Source: Eledone cirrhosa
Taxonomy: Eukaryota
Direction of reading: 5' to 3'
Assembly (NCBI GenBank): GCA_964016885.1
Contig: OZ024742.1
Coordinates: forward strand, 101,556,001-101,620,000
Length of the DNA: 64,000 nt
Shown: in pieces, positions 1 through 19,901 of the stretch
How the letters are laid out: every line of letters starts with the position of its first letter
Position numbering within the stretch: the stretch's first letter is position 1
Notes under the pieces: model-generated
Seen by the model: only the letters and a program-made list of their open reading frames with translations
What the model was told of the DNA's origin: nothing
The model's database searches: none
Position numbers and translations under genes: made by a program

Positions 1-165
1 CTGTAAAGAAGTTGGCATAAGGAAGGGCATCCAGCTGTAGAAACCAAGCCCAAAATGGAACTTACAACCAAGACATAGTCAGCTAACTAGTCTATCCTGA
101 AAATGTGACAACCCATCTAACCCATGCAAGCCTGGAAAATAAATATTTAATGGTGATGATGATGA
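1..165 (+). mobile_element. 3' tail of RTE-related SINE/LINE
   Basis: ggaagggcatccagctgtagaaac ... ccatgcaagc ... (tga)n; the same tail motif is on the RTE copies in this window. Confidence 0.7.
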
Positions 166-376
166 TATATATATGTATATATAACTTACAAATAAAACAT
201 AAAATGCTATATACTTTGGGGTGGTCTCTAATTAAACAGTGTCATTTCCATGGGTTCAGCTAATATTTATTGAAAGCTTATGCAAGAATGGTACATTGGA
301 AATTTAGTATATATTTTCTCTTTGTGTCATCACATGCATATTCAGTTGCCTGTATTTTTTTTTTGTTTTTTTACAG

Positions 377-455
377 GGAGCTATAATTGGTATTGATGAT
401 GAAGATGATAGTACTTTTACTATTACAGCCAACCAGAAAACCTTTCATTTCCAAG
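377..455 (+). CDS. OSBPL9: OSBPL9/ORP9 homologue, PH-domain coding exon (79 nt, phase 0 to 1)
   Basis: Polypyrimidine tract plus ttacag acceptor; translates [26 protein letters not shown]+G; donor gtaaac at 456. Near-identical to the ORP9 PH segment [26 protein letters not shown] (recalled). Confidence 0.93.
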
Positions 456-1045
456 GTAAACTTTTCCTACTATCTCATTCTAAAATAACATTTAATCATT
501 TCACATTTGTTATTGTTTATTTCTGGACATACTTTCATATAGCTAGAGCTACATTATGCTGGTAAGGATATAATTTGAGAGCAATCTGATTGCTATTTCT
601 AGCAGAAATATATTTATAGTGTATATAATAATGGTTTCTTATTTACGCACAAGGCCAGCAATTTTGTTTAATTCCTTTTACATACTTTCATAGGTTGGAT
701 GATATTGGGAAACTTAAATACTACTGCATTGTCAAAGCAGTCATTTTTTCGGGCTTGATAAAATAAAGTACAAGATTTAATCAACTTTGCCTTTCCCATA
801 AATTAAATGTTCTTCTGCCTAAATTATAAATCCATAAATATATATATATGATATAAAGACTTTGCAACTTATGCCAGTAACAAACGGATTGCGGTATTGA
901 TCTCCAGTTTTAAATACCTAGTATCCAATTCATGTAACTGCATTGAGTGTTGAAACAGGTATCACTTGTAGGAATTTATATGACAATCATCACTATATAT
1001 TTATATATATATGTATATATATGTGTATATATATATGTATATATA

Positions 1046-1341
1046 TCATCATTTTCATCATTTCATTTTACGTCCACTTTTTCCCTGCTTGCAAGGGTGG
1101 GACGGGAACTGATTCTGGCTTTATTTCTACAGCTGGATGCCCTTCCTAACACCAACCTCATTTACAGTGAGTGCTGGGTGCTTTTTTGCCGTGGCACCTA
1201 CACGACCACTTTGCAGTGGAATGATAGGGACCTCAGTCCCTATCATCTCATTTCTACAGCTGAGTAAACTGGAGCAATGTGAAATAAAGTGTCTTGCTCA
1301 AGGAAACAACACATCACCCGGTCTGTTGTTTCCTTGAGCAA
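1046..1341 (-). mobile_element. SINE with CORE-like domain and RTE-type tail, 5'-truncated
   Basis: (cat)n tail, ggatgcccttcctaacaccaacc motif, CORE-like aaagtgtcttgctcaagg segment; ends in an 18-bp fold-back at 1294-1341. Confidence 0.65.
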
Positions 1342-2377
<1,036 letters not shown>

Positions 2378-2379
2378 TG

Positions 2380-4130
2380 TGGGCGAAGCTAATCTTTAGT
2401 GTGGAGAGAGCGGTTGACAGATCTGGATGATCAACGAGATCACAGGGAGGAAGAAAAGGTGTTCGAGTCAGATCCAGGGAACGGGGCCCGAGGATAGGAA
2501 GAGGAAATGGCTAGACCATTTTAGGACCCTACTAGGAGAGCCACCCTCCACAGCCCAGAGCACTGGGGAGATTAGGCGGCTGTTTGAGGAACTGGATGTT
2601 GAGGCAGAGCCCTTCACCAGAGAGGAGCTTCAGAGAGCCAAGAAGAAGATCAAGGAGGGCAAGGCTCATGGAGAAGATGGAGTGGCATCAGAGGTGATGA
2701 AGAGGTGTGATTTTGATGATATCATCCTGGGGTTCTGTAACGGGGCACTGGAGAAAGGAGTTGCCCCGAATCAGTGGAGGATCAGTAACATCGTCCCAGT
2801 GCCAAAGAAGGGAGATCTCTCTAACACCAACAACTACCGGGGGATCTCACTGACGTCACTTGTGGCAAAGACCCTCAACAGGATGATTCTTAACAGGATC
2901 CAGCCTGAGATGGAGAAGAAGCTCAGGGACAACCAGAACGGCTTCAGAGAGGGTACATCAACCACCAGTCACATCCTGATGCTGAGGAGGATATTAGAGG
3001 GAGCTAGAGCAAAGTGCCTTCCTGCGGTCATGGTTTTCATTGACTTTAGGAAGGCCTTTGATTCTGTGGACCGTTACTGCCTGATGAAGATCTTACAGGC
3101 TTATGGAATCCCCAAGAGGATAGTGAACCTGATATCACTGCTCTACACCAACACCAAAGTCATTACACCTGATGGGATGACAGAGTTCTTTGAGATACTG
3201 GCTGGAGTGCTCCAGGGAGATACATTGGCTCCCTACCTTTTTATCATCGTAGTGGACTATTGTATGCGCCTTGCACTGGAGAAACACCAGGACTCTGGCT
3301 TTACTGTAGCACCAGCTCAGAGCAGGAGAGTTGGGGCGAAAAAGGTATCGGATGCTGAATTTGCCGATGACATAGTTTTGGTGACAAATACAGTGAAGGA
3401 GGCAGAGGATTTGATGCGGGAGGTTGAGACTGTGTCGATGAGTGTGGGGCTGAGAATGAATGAGACTAAAACAAAATATCTGGTAGAGAATGTTGAGAAG
3501 CCAGAGGGGATCACTAATGTAGGCGGGAAGCCGCTGGAATTGGTTGAGGACTTCCTGTATTTGGGAGCAAAGATTGGGAATACGGAAGATGATGTGGTTG
3601 AGAGGAAGAGCAAGGCCTGGGCGGCGTGTCACAGCTTGAGATCGGTGTGGAAGTCGGACCTTCGTAGAGACCTGAAAATCCGCCTCTTCATTGCTGTAGT
3701 GGAGTCTGTGCTGCTGTATGGGTCTGAGACTTGGACACTGACCAAGAGACTCACTCAGATGGTGGATGGGTGCTACACGAGAATGCTGAGGATGGCTCTG
3801 AACATTAATCAGTATACACTGAGGATGAAAAACTCAGAGCTGTATGGGAGCATCCCAAAAGTCAGCTCAAAAGTGACACAGAGGAGACTGAGGTTGGCTG
3901 GACATGCTCACCGACATCCAAAGTTGACATTGCACTCAGTGATCCTTTGGGAGCCCCCCTATATGGACACACTAGAAGAGGAAGACCAAGGTTAACATAT
4001 GTTGATGCCCTAAGGACAGACACTGGTCTGTTGGAGATGCAGGATATGGCAGCGATAATGAGGGACAGAGACCGCTGGAGAGAACTCGTCCATGGATCTC
4101 GGGAATTTAACCCGCCTTAGATAGATAGAT
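2380..4130 (+). mobile_element. RTE-like non-LTR retrotransposon, 5'-truncated, long RT ORF (2427-3995, 522 aa)
   Basis: RT motifs PKKGD..NYRGISL, QNGFR, FIDFRKAFDS, GVLQGDTLAP, FADD, FLYLG, LLYGSETW; frameshift near 3960; ends tag(atag)n. Confidence 0.93.
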
Positions 4131-4133
4131 ATG

Positions 4134-4169
<36 letters not shown>

Positions 4170-4170
<1 letters not shown>

Positions 4171-4845
4171 CATCATCATCATCATCGTTTAACGTCCATC
4201 TTCCACGCTTGCATGGGTTTGGACGGGAATTTTCCCACTTGAGGCAAGATTGGTTGTCTTGCTCGCATAGGACTGTGGCGGGTTTTCTACAGTTGGGTGC
4301 CCTTCCTAACACCAACCACGTTTACAGTGTGGACTGGGAGGTTTTTACCGTGTTACCTACACGGCCACATTACAGCGTGGACTGTGTGTCTTTTTGTCGT
4401 GACACCTACACGACCTCATTTATTTCGGACTGGATGTTGTGGTACCAACATAACTTTACATTGAAAGGGGTGGTGTGGATGGGGTGCGGGGTAGTGGGAC
4501 GGGAGTGTATTTTTGTTAGAGGTGCCTACTGACTGTAGGTTTCGCTTTGTACTTAGGCAAGGCGGGTCTTCTGTATTACTGTGTAGCGCCGAAGATCTCG
4601 GTCCAGTGACATTGTCTTGGAGAGGTGTAAGTGTGTGAGGTCGGAATTTATCAAGTCGTCCCAGGTTTTTCTGGATCTGCCTACTCCGTGGCTACCGTCT
4701 ATTTTTATTGCCCTGCACTTTTTTATACAGCTGTCGTCTTTCATGCGCATCACGTGACCATACTAACATAGTCTTCTCTCGAGTAAACAACATCTGATCC
4801 CTCTTATTCCTAATTTCACCCTTAGTTCGTTTATGCTTTGCCGTT
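4170..4845 (-). mobile_element. RTE LINE family A, 3' fragment with 3'UTR
   Basis: MMRMKDDSCIKKCRAIK..KTWDDLI, shared 3'UTR and (tga)n tail; near-identical to 29787-30745. Confidence 0.9.
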
Positions 4846-5655
4846 GATATATATATATGTAATTGTGTGTATGTATATGTGCCTGACTGTGTGTATATAT
4901 ATATGTATATATATGTTGACTGTGTGCATATATATATGTATGTGTGTGTATGTGACTGTGTATGAGTGTGCGTATGTATATACGTGTGACTGTGTGCGTA
5001 TATATACACATGCGTGTGACTGTGTGCGTATATATACACATGCGTGTGACTGTGTGTGTATATGTGTGACTGTATATATATGCGTATAACTGTGTGTATA
5101 TATATATATATAGGTGTGTGTGTGACTATGTATATTTATGTGTGTGAATGTGTGTGCATTTGTGTGTATGTATATGTGTGTGACTATGTATATATGTGAG
5201 TGACTATGTATATATGTGTATGACTGTATGTATATATGTGTATGATTGTATGTATATATGTGTATGACTGTATGTATATATGTGTATGACTATGTATATA
5301 TGTGTGACTGTGTATATATGTGTATGACTGTATGTATATATGTGTGTGGCTGTGTATATATGTGTGTGACTGTGTATATATGTGTGTGACTGTGTATATA
5401 TGTGTATGACTGTGTGTATATATGTGTGACTGTATGTATATATGTGTATGACTGTGTGTATATATGTGTATGACTGTGTGTATATATGTGTGTGACTGTG
5501 TGTATATATGTGTGTGACTATGTATATATGTGTGTGACTGTGTATGTATATGTGTGTATGACTATATATATGACTGTCTATATATGTGTGTTACTGTGTG
5601 TATATATGTGTATGACTGTGTGTATATATATGTGTATGACTGTCTATATATGTAT
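4846..5655. repeat. Minisatellite of about 20-22 bp units (tgtgtatatatgtgtgtgac-like)
   Basis: Recurrent tgac anchor inside TG/TA runs. Confidence 0.85.
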
Positions 5656-5829
5656 AACACAAACAAACAATTATCACATATGTATATTGTTATAATGTCC
5701 ACCCAACCATTTTATTAGATATATCAGCTGATACATACATATAGATCAATATCTGCATACACATAGATAGCTATGTAGATACATACATACATTCATTCAT
5801 TGATACATACATACATATACACATATACA

Positions 5830-6650
5830 TAATGAAAGGCAGGCTGTATGATGCCTGCATACGAACAGCAATGTTACATGGCAGTGAGACCTGGGCATTG
5901 TGTGCAGAGGATATATGCAGACTGGAGAGGAACGAAGCTTGCATGCTCCGCTGGATGTGTAATAGTAATATACGTGAACAGCAAAGCATAAACGAACTAA
6001 GGGAGAAATTAGGAATAAGAGGGATCGGGTGTTATTTACTCGAAAGAAGACTACGTTGGTACGGTCACGTGATGCGCATGAAAGACGACAGCTGTATAAA
6101 AAAGTGCAGGGCAATAAAAATAGACGGTAACCACGGAGTAGTCAGACCCAGAAAAACCTGGGACGACTTGATAAATTCCGACCTGACACACTTACACCTC
6201 TCCAAGAAAATGTCAGTGGATCGAGATCTTTGGCACTACACAGTAATACAGAAGACCCGCCTTACTTAAGTACAAAGCAAAACCTACAGTCAGTAGGCAC
6301 CTCTAACACAAATACACCCCCGTCCCACTACCCCCACCCCATCCACACCACCCCTTTAAATGTAAAGTTATGTTGGTACCACAACATCCAGTCCAAAACA
6401 AATGAGGTCGTGTAGGTGTCACGACAAACAAACACACAGTCCATGCTGTAATGTGGCCGTGTAGGTAACACGGTAAAAACCTCCCAGTCCACACTGTAAA
6501 CGTGGTTGGTGTTAGGAAGGGCATCCAGCCGTAGAAAACTCGCCAGACAGTCCTATGCGAGCAAGACAACCACTATTGCCTCAAGTGGGAAAATTCCCGT
6601 CCGAACCCATACTAGCGTGGAAGATGGACGTAAAATGATGATGATGATGA
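5830..6650 (+). mobile_element. RTE LINE family A, 3' fragment
   Basis: ORF 5832-6269 (LHGSETW..RRLRWYGHVMRM..RPRKTW), 3'UTR and (atg)n tail. Confidence 0.92.
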
Positions 6651-6651
6651 T

Positions 6652-6698
<47 letters not shown>

Positions 6699-6878
6699 AA
6701 CGAGTAGAACCCCGACGGCTGAGCTCATGCCGTTTCGACAGCTAATTCTGAATTAGTCCAGAATTAGCCATCGAAACGGGGTCCCACTCGTTCCTATTAC
6801 CCACTCTACTACCCTAAGTATTGAGTACTTTGGTGCGTTATGGTCCACCTGGTTCCTTACCACATTTCATTTCCTGCG

Positions 6879-6911
<33 letters not shown>

Positions 6912-6914
<3 letters not shown>

Positions 6915-6975
6915 AGGCACATGGCTTAGTGGTTACAGCACTGGCCCCGCAATCGAAAGGTTGTGAGTTCAACCT
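6912..6975 (+). mobile_element. tRNA-derived SINE head
   Basis: A-box tggcttagtgg and B-box gagttcaacc; truncated by the (TA)n array. Confidence 0.55.
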
Positions 6976-6981
6976 TTCGAT

Positions 6982-10136
<3,155 letters not shown>

Positions 10137-10732
10137 GTTGGTGCTACTGGTAACATGTATCCCAGTACAACCTGATTCATGGTCGGGTCGTTGGCGACTA
10201 AACTGGCAACCCCACCAAGGTTTCTTGGTGAGGAGGGTGACTTTGGACATCCTGCAGGACTAAAAACAAAACCTGTCAAAGGGCAAAGGAGCTCTTAAGA
10301 GTCAATGGCCATCCAAATCACCGGGAGAGATGACCCCTTAGCCTTTGTCAAGGCAGAATTCTAGGAGAAGGAAAACTCTGATATAACACCTGCAACCTTG
10401 ATGGTATCCAATGATGTTGACTTGTTCTTCTTTTTGGTAAATATCATCTTGGTTAAGAGAGTGGGACTGGCTTTGTGCAGTGCCTTTGCTCACTATAAAA
10501 GCTTCACGGCACAGGCATTGCTTTATATCTGGAGATCTCTCTGCACTTGTCCTCACATGGTACCATGGGCCCAGCACTATGTGTCAATAATTGTCACAAG
10601 TGTAGTGTTTGTACTAGAGTTTTCAAGTCGCTGGCTGGCCTAAAAAGTCACACTCATGCAGCGCTTCGGTAGGGGTTCTCCTACATGGATATAAAGTAGT
10701 GGCCGTACTCGAAAACGCGAGTTGGCAGCCAC
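10137..10732. mobile_element. Probable LINE 5'UTR-derived island between TA arrays
   Basis: Non-repetitive, GC-richer island; the left part resembles RTE 5'UTR motifs (tactggtaaca..cccagta, cgactaaactggcaaccc). Confidence 0.4.
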
Positions 10733-13930
<3,198 letters not shown>

Positions 13931-13986
13931 TTGATTTAAAACTGCACTATCAACAAGTGTTTTTTAGCCTTCATATCATGTTCTCC

Positions 13987-14057
13987 TGTTTTATCTGATG
14001 AAAACACAAATATTATTGTTTGATGATGTTTGTTTTTGAAATGCGCATAATAAAATG
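13987..14057 (+). ncRNA. Type I minimal hammerhead ribozyme
   Basis: tgttttat-CTGATGA-(stem II caaatattattg/tgatgatgtttg)-GAAA-tgcgca-TA-ataaaatg; stem I pairs over 8 bp with G.U; stem III is the palindrome ATGCGCAT. Confidence 0.8.
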
Positions 14058-14092
14058 TATGGAACTCCTTTAACCATCTTTTGATCTTATAT

Positions 14093-14110
14093 TATGTATA
14101 TATATATATG

Positions 14111-14199
<89 letters not shown>

Positions 14200-14422
14200 G
14201 TATATATATATATGTATATATATATGTATATGTATATATGTATATATGTATATATGTATATGTATATATATATATATGTATATATATATGTATATATATA
14301 TATATGTATATATATATGTATATATATATGTATATATATATATATATGTATATATATATGTATATATATATGTATATATATATATATGTATATATATATG
14401 TATATATATATATATGTATATA

Positions 14423-14497
<75 letters not shown>

Positions 14498-14498
14498 G

Positions 14499-14547
<49 letters not shown>

Positions 14548-14923
14548 GTATATATATATGTATATATATATGTATATATATATGTATATATATATGTATA
14601 TATATATGTATATATATATATGTATATATATATATATGTATATATATATATGTGTATATATATACATGTATATATATATATGTATATATATATATGTGTA
14701 TATATATACATGTATATATATATATGTATATATATATATGTATATATATATCTATGTATATATATATATGTGTATATATATATATGTGTATATATATATA
14801 TGTGTATATATATATATGTGTATATATATATATGTGTATATATATATGTGTATATGTATATATATACATATATATATATACATATATATATATACATATA
14901 TATATATACATATATATATATAC

Positions 14924-14994
<71 letters not shown>

Positions 14995-15007
14995 CATATA
15001 TATATAC

Positions 15008-15038
<31 letters not shown>

Positions 15039-15057
15039 CATATACATATATATATAC

Positions 15058-15088
<31 letters not shown>

Positions 15089-15089
15089 C

Positions 15090-15143
<54 letters not shown>

Positions 15144-15410
15144 ATACATATATATATACATATATATATATACATATATATATATACATATATATATATA
15201 CATATATATATATATACATATATATATACATATATATATATATATGCATATATATATACGTATATATATATATATGTATATATATATATGTATATATATA
15301 TATGTATATATATATATGTATATATATATATGTATATATATATATGTATATATATATGTATGTATATATATATGTATATATATATGTATATATATGTATA
15401 TATATATATG

Positions 15411-15497
<87 letters not shown>

Positions 15498-15965
15498 GTA
15501 TATATGTATATATATATGTATATATATATATGTATATATATATATGTATATATATATATGTATATATATATGTATATATATATATGTATATATATATATA
15601 TGTATATATATATATGTATATATATGTATATATATATATATGTATATATATATATGTATATATATGTATATATATATATATGTATATATATATGTATATA
15701 TATATATGTATATATATATGTATATATATATATGTATATGTATATATGTATATATGTATATGTATATATGTATATATATATATGTATATATGTATATGTA
15801 TATATATATATGTATATATATATATGTATATATATATACATATATGTATATATATGTATATATATATATATATATGTATATATATGTATATATATATATA
15901 TATATGTATATATATGTATATATATATATGTATATATATATATGTATATATATATATGTATATAT

Positions 15966-16010
<45 letters not shown>

Positions 16011-16022
16011 TGTATATATATG

Positions 16023-16054
<32 letters not shown>

Positions 16055-17525
16055 TGTATATGTATATGTATGTATATATATATATGTATATATATATATG
16101 TATATATATATATGTATATGTATATGTATATATGTATATATGTATATGTATATGTATATATGTATATATATATATATGTATATGTATATATATGTATATG
16201 TATATATATGTATATATATATATGTATATATATATATGTATATATATGTATATGTATATATATGTATATGTATATATGTATATGTATATATATGTATATG
16301 TATATATATGTATATGTATATATATGTATATATATATGTATATGTATATATATGTATATGTATATATATGTATATATATATGTATATATATGTATATGTA
16401 TATATGTATATATATATGTATATGTGTATATATATATGTATATATATATGTATATGTGTATATATATGTGTATATATATATGTATATATATATGTATATG
16501 TATATATATGTATATGTGTATATATATATGTATATGTGTATGTATATATATATGTATGTATATATATATGTATGTATATATATATGTATATGTGTATATA
16601 TATATGTGTATATATATATATGTGTGTATATATATATATGTGTGTATATATATATATATGTGTGTATATATATGTGTGTATATATATATGTGTATATATA
16701 TATATATGTATGTATATATATATGTGTGTATATATATATGTGTGTATATATATATGTGTGTATATATATATGTGTGTATATATATATGTGTGTATATATA
16801 TGTGTGTATATATATATGTGTGTATATATATATGTGTGTATATATATATGTGTGTATATATATATATGTGTGTATATATATATATGTGTGTATATATATA
16901 TATGTGTGTATATATATATGTGTGTATATATATATGTGTATATATATGTGTGTGTATATATATATGTGTGTATATATATGTGTGTATATATATATGTGTG
17001 TATATATATATGTGTGTATATATATATGTGTGTATATATATATGTGTATATATATATGTGTGTATATATATATATGTGTGTATATATATGTGTGTGTATA
17101 TATATATATGTGTGTATATATATATATGTGTGTATATATATATATGTGTGTATATATATATATGTGTATATATATATATATGTGTATATATATATATATG
17201 TGTATATATATATATGTGTATATATATATATGTGTGTATATATATATGTGTGTATATATATATATATGTGTATATATATATATGTGTGTATATATATATG
17301 TGTGTATATATATATATGTGTGTATATATATATATGTGTGTATATATATATATGTGTGTATATATATATATGTGTGTATATATATATATATGTGTGTATA
17401 TATATATATATGTGTGTATATATATATATATGTGTGTATATATATATATATGTGTGTATATATATATATATGTGTGTATATATATATATATGTGTGTATA
17501 TATATATGTGTATATATATATATAT
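14093..17525. repeat. Giant interrupted (TA)n array, about 3.4 kb
   Basis: G-interrupted, with an internal C-interrupted block at about 14865-15260 and a TGTG-rich right end. Confidence 0.96.
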
Positions 17526-18611
17526 GTTGTTATATTTGGGGAGGGTCATATTTGCGTAATATTGCCAGAATTAATAACAGAACACACTCACTGTTTGGTT
17601 GGTTTTCGCTTCTCGCTGTCTTTTATATCTGCGATCTAACTTACTCGGTCCTCAATGTTGCCATTGACTGACCGGCGGTCAAAAATAATACAGATACAAT
17701 ATAGACACAAACACATATATATAGTTTACATAATTTACATAAATCTTTCGTTGCACATCTGCAACATCGTCAGTGGTGTTATATTCATTGTTCCTCCTGT
17801 TGTGTTGTATGTCTACGCCATTTTTTTATTCAGTCTGTCTATATATTTATTTATTTATTTGCTTGTTTGTTTATCTTATTTTATTTTGTCTTCTTTGCGC
17901 ATGTGTTTGTGTGTGTGTATAGTGTTATGTGTGATGTGTGACTAGTGTGTATAGTGTTGTGTCTGCTGGGTGACTAGTGTGTGTTTATGTGCTTGTTGTT
18001 ATTGTGCTTGTGTATGTATTTATTTATCTTATTTTATTTTATTTTATTTACTTATTTATACTTCTCTTAGGTCAGTGTTGTTTGTTTGGGTGTTGTTGTT
18101 GTTGTTCCACTCATTCTTTCTGTTTAGCTTTGGTCTTCTAATTTCTATTTCACTGGCCTCTCTGATTTGCCTATCTGCTGGGTCATTCCTATGTTTAGAT
18201 ATTATTCTAATTTCTATGTTGTCTATGTTACCGTCATGTTGTTGTCTAGCATGTTCGTATAGTACTGACCCGTTTTTTCGTCCTTTTAGTTCCTCCCAGT
18301 GTTGGTCTATCCTTTCACCTATGCTACGAGCTGTCTCACCTATGTATGTTGTTGTCATGTTTCTGCAAGTACCCTCTGTACATCTTATGCTATAGACTAC
18401 GTTTCTAGTTTTACAGTTTATCCGGGGGTTCACCTTACATATGATACATTTCCTATAAAAGACAGATATAAAAGACAGCGAGAAGCGAAAACCAACCAAA
18501 CAGTGAGTGTGTTATGTTATTAATTCTGGCAATATTACGCAAATATGACCCTCCCCAAATATAACAATATCTGTTTCGACACACGATTTCATATAAAAAA
18601 CCTCGCTAAAC
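17526..18611 (-). mobile_element. Penelope-like element 3' fragment (GIY-YIG endonuclease) with inverted pseudo-LTR segment
   Basis: ORF 18056-18499: CKVNPRINCKTRNVVYSIRC..C..YIGETARSIGERIDQH..LYEH..REASEI..PKLN; about 105-bp inverted repeat at 17526-17631 and 18462-18568. Confidence 0.88.
17736..17780 (-). ncRNA. Penelope-type minimal hammerhead motif (stem I weak)
   Basis: Minus strand reads acca-CTGACGA-t-gttgca-gatg-tgcaac-GAAA-gattTA-tg; core and stem II intact, stem I only about 2 bp. Confidence 0.5.
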
Positions 18612-18889
18612 TATATATATATGTGTATATATATATATATGTGTATATATATATATGTGTATATATATATATATATATGTGTATATATATATATATGTGT
18701 ATATATATATATATATGTGTATATATATATATGTGTGTATATATATATATGTGTGTATATATATATATGTGTGTATATATATATATGTGTGTGTATATAT
18801 ATATATATGTGCATATATATATATATATATATATGTGTGTATATATATATATATATGTGTATATATATATATATATGTGTATATATATA

Positions 18890-18938
<49 letters not shown>

Positions 18939-19405
18939 ATATATGTGTGTGTGTATATATGTGTGTGTGTATATATGTGTGTGTGTGTATATATGTGTGT
19001 GTGTGTATATATGTGTGTGTGTGTATATATATATGTGTGTGTATATATATGTGTGTGTATATATATATATATGTGTGTGTGTATATATATATATATATGT
19101 GTGTATATATATATGTGTGTATATATATATGTGTGTATATATATATGTGTATATATATATGTGTATATATATATGTGTGTATATATATATGTGTGTATAT
19201 ATATATGTGTGTATATATATATGTGTATATATATATATGTGTGTATATATATATGTGTATATATATATATGTGTGTATATATATATGTGTATATATATAT
19301 ATATATATATGTGTATATATATATATATATATATGTGTATATATATATATGTCTATATATGTGTGTATATATATATATGTGTGTGTATATATATATGTGT
19401 ATATA
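18612..19405. repeat. (TA)n/(TG)n compound array
   Basis: Direct inspection. Confidence 0.95.
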
Positions 19406-19901
19406 TCATCATCATCATCATCGTTTAACGTCCGTGTTCCACGCTTGCATGGGTTTGGACGGGGGTTTTCCCACTTGAGGCAAGAGTGATCGTCTTGCTC
19501 GCATAGGACTGTCTGGCGGGTTTTCTACAGCTGGATGCCCTTCTTAACACCAACCACATTTACAGTGTGGGGCTGGGAGGTTTTTACCGTGTTGCCTACA
19601 CGGCCATATTACAGCGTGGACTGTGTGTTTTTTGACGTGACACCTACACGATCTCATTTGTTTCGGCCTGGATGTTGTGGCACCAACATAACTTTACATT
19701 GAAAGGGGCGGTGTGGATGGGGTGGGGATGGTGGGATGGGGGTGTATTTTGTTAGAGATGCCTACTGACTGTAGTAGGTTTTACTTTGTATTTAGGTAAG
19801 GCGGGTCTTCTCTATTACTGTGTATCGCCAAAGATCTCGGTCCAGTGACATTGTCTTGGAGAGGTGTAAGTGTGTGAGGTCGGAATTTATCAGCTCGTCC
19901 C
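19406..19901 (-). mobile_element. RTE LINE family A, short 3' fragment
   Basis: (cat)n tail, same 3'UTR as 4170-4550, and the end of the ORF. Confidence 0.88.

Noticed and set aside
4846-5655. CRISPR-like array
   Set aside because: Eukaryotic minisatellite without unique spacers or cas genes.
6912-6975. tRNA gene
   Set aside because: A/B boxes only; no acceptor stem closure, consistent with a SINE head.
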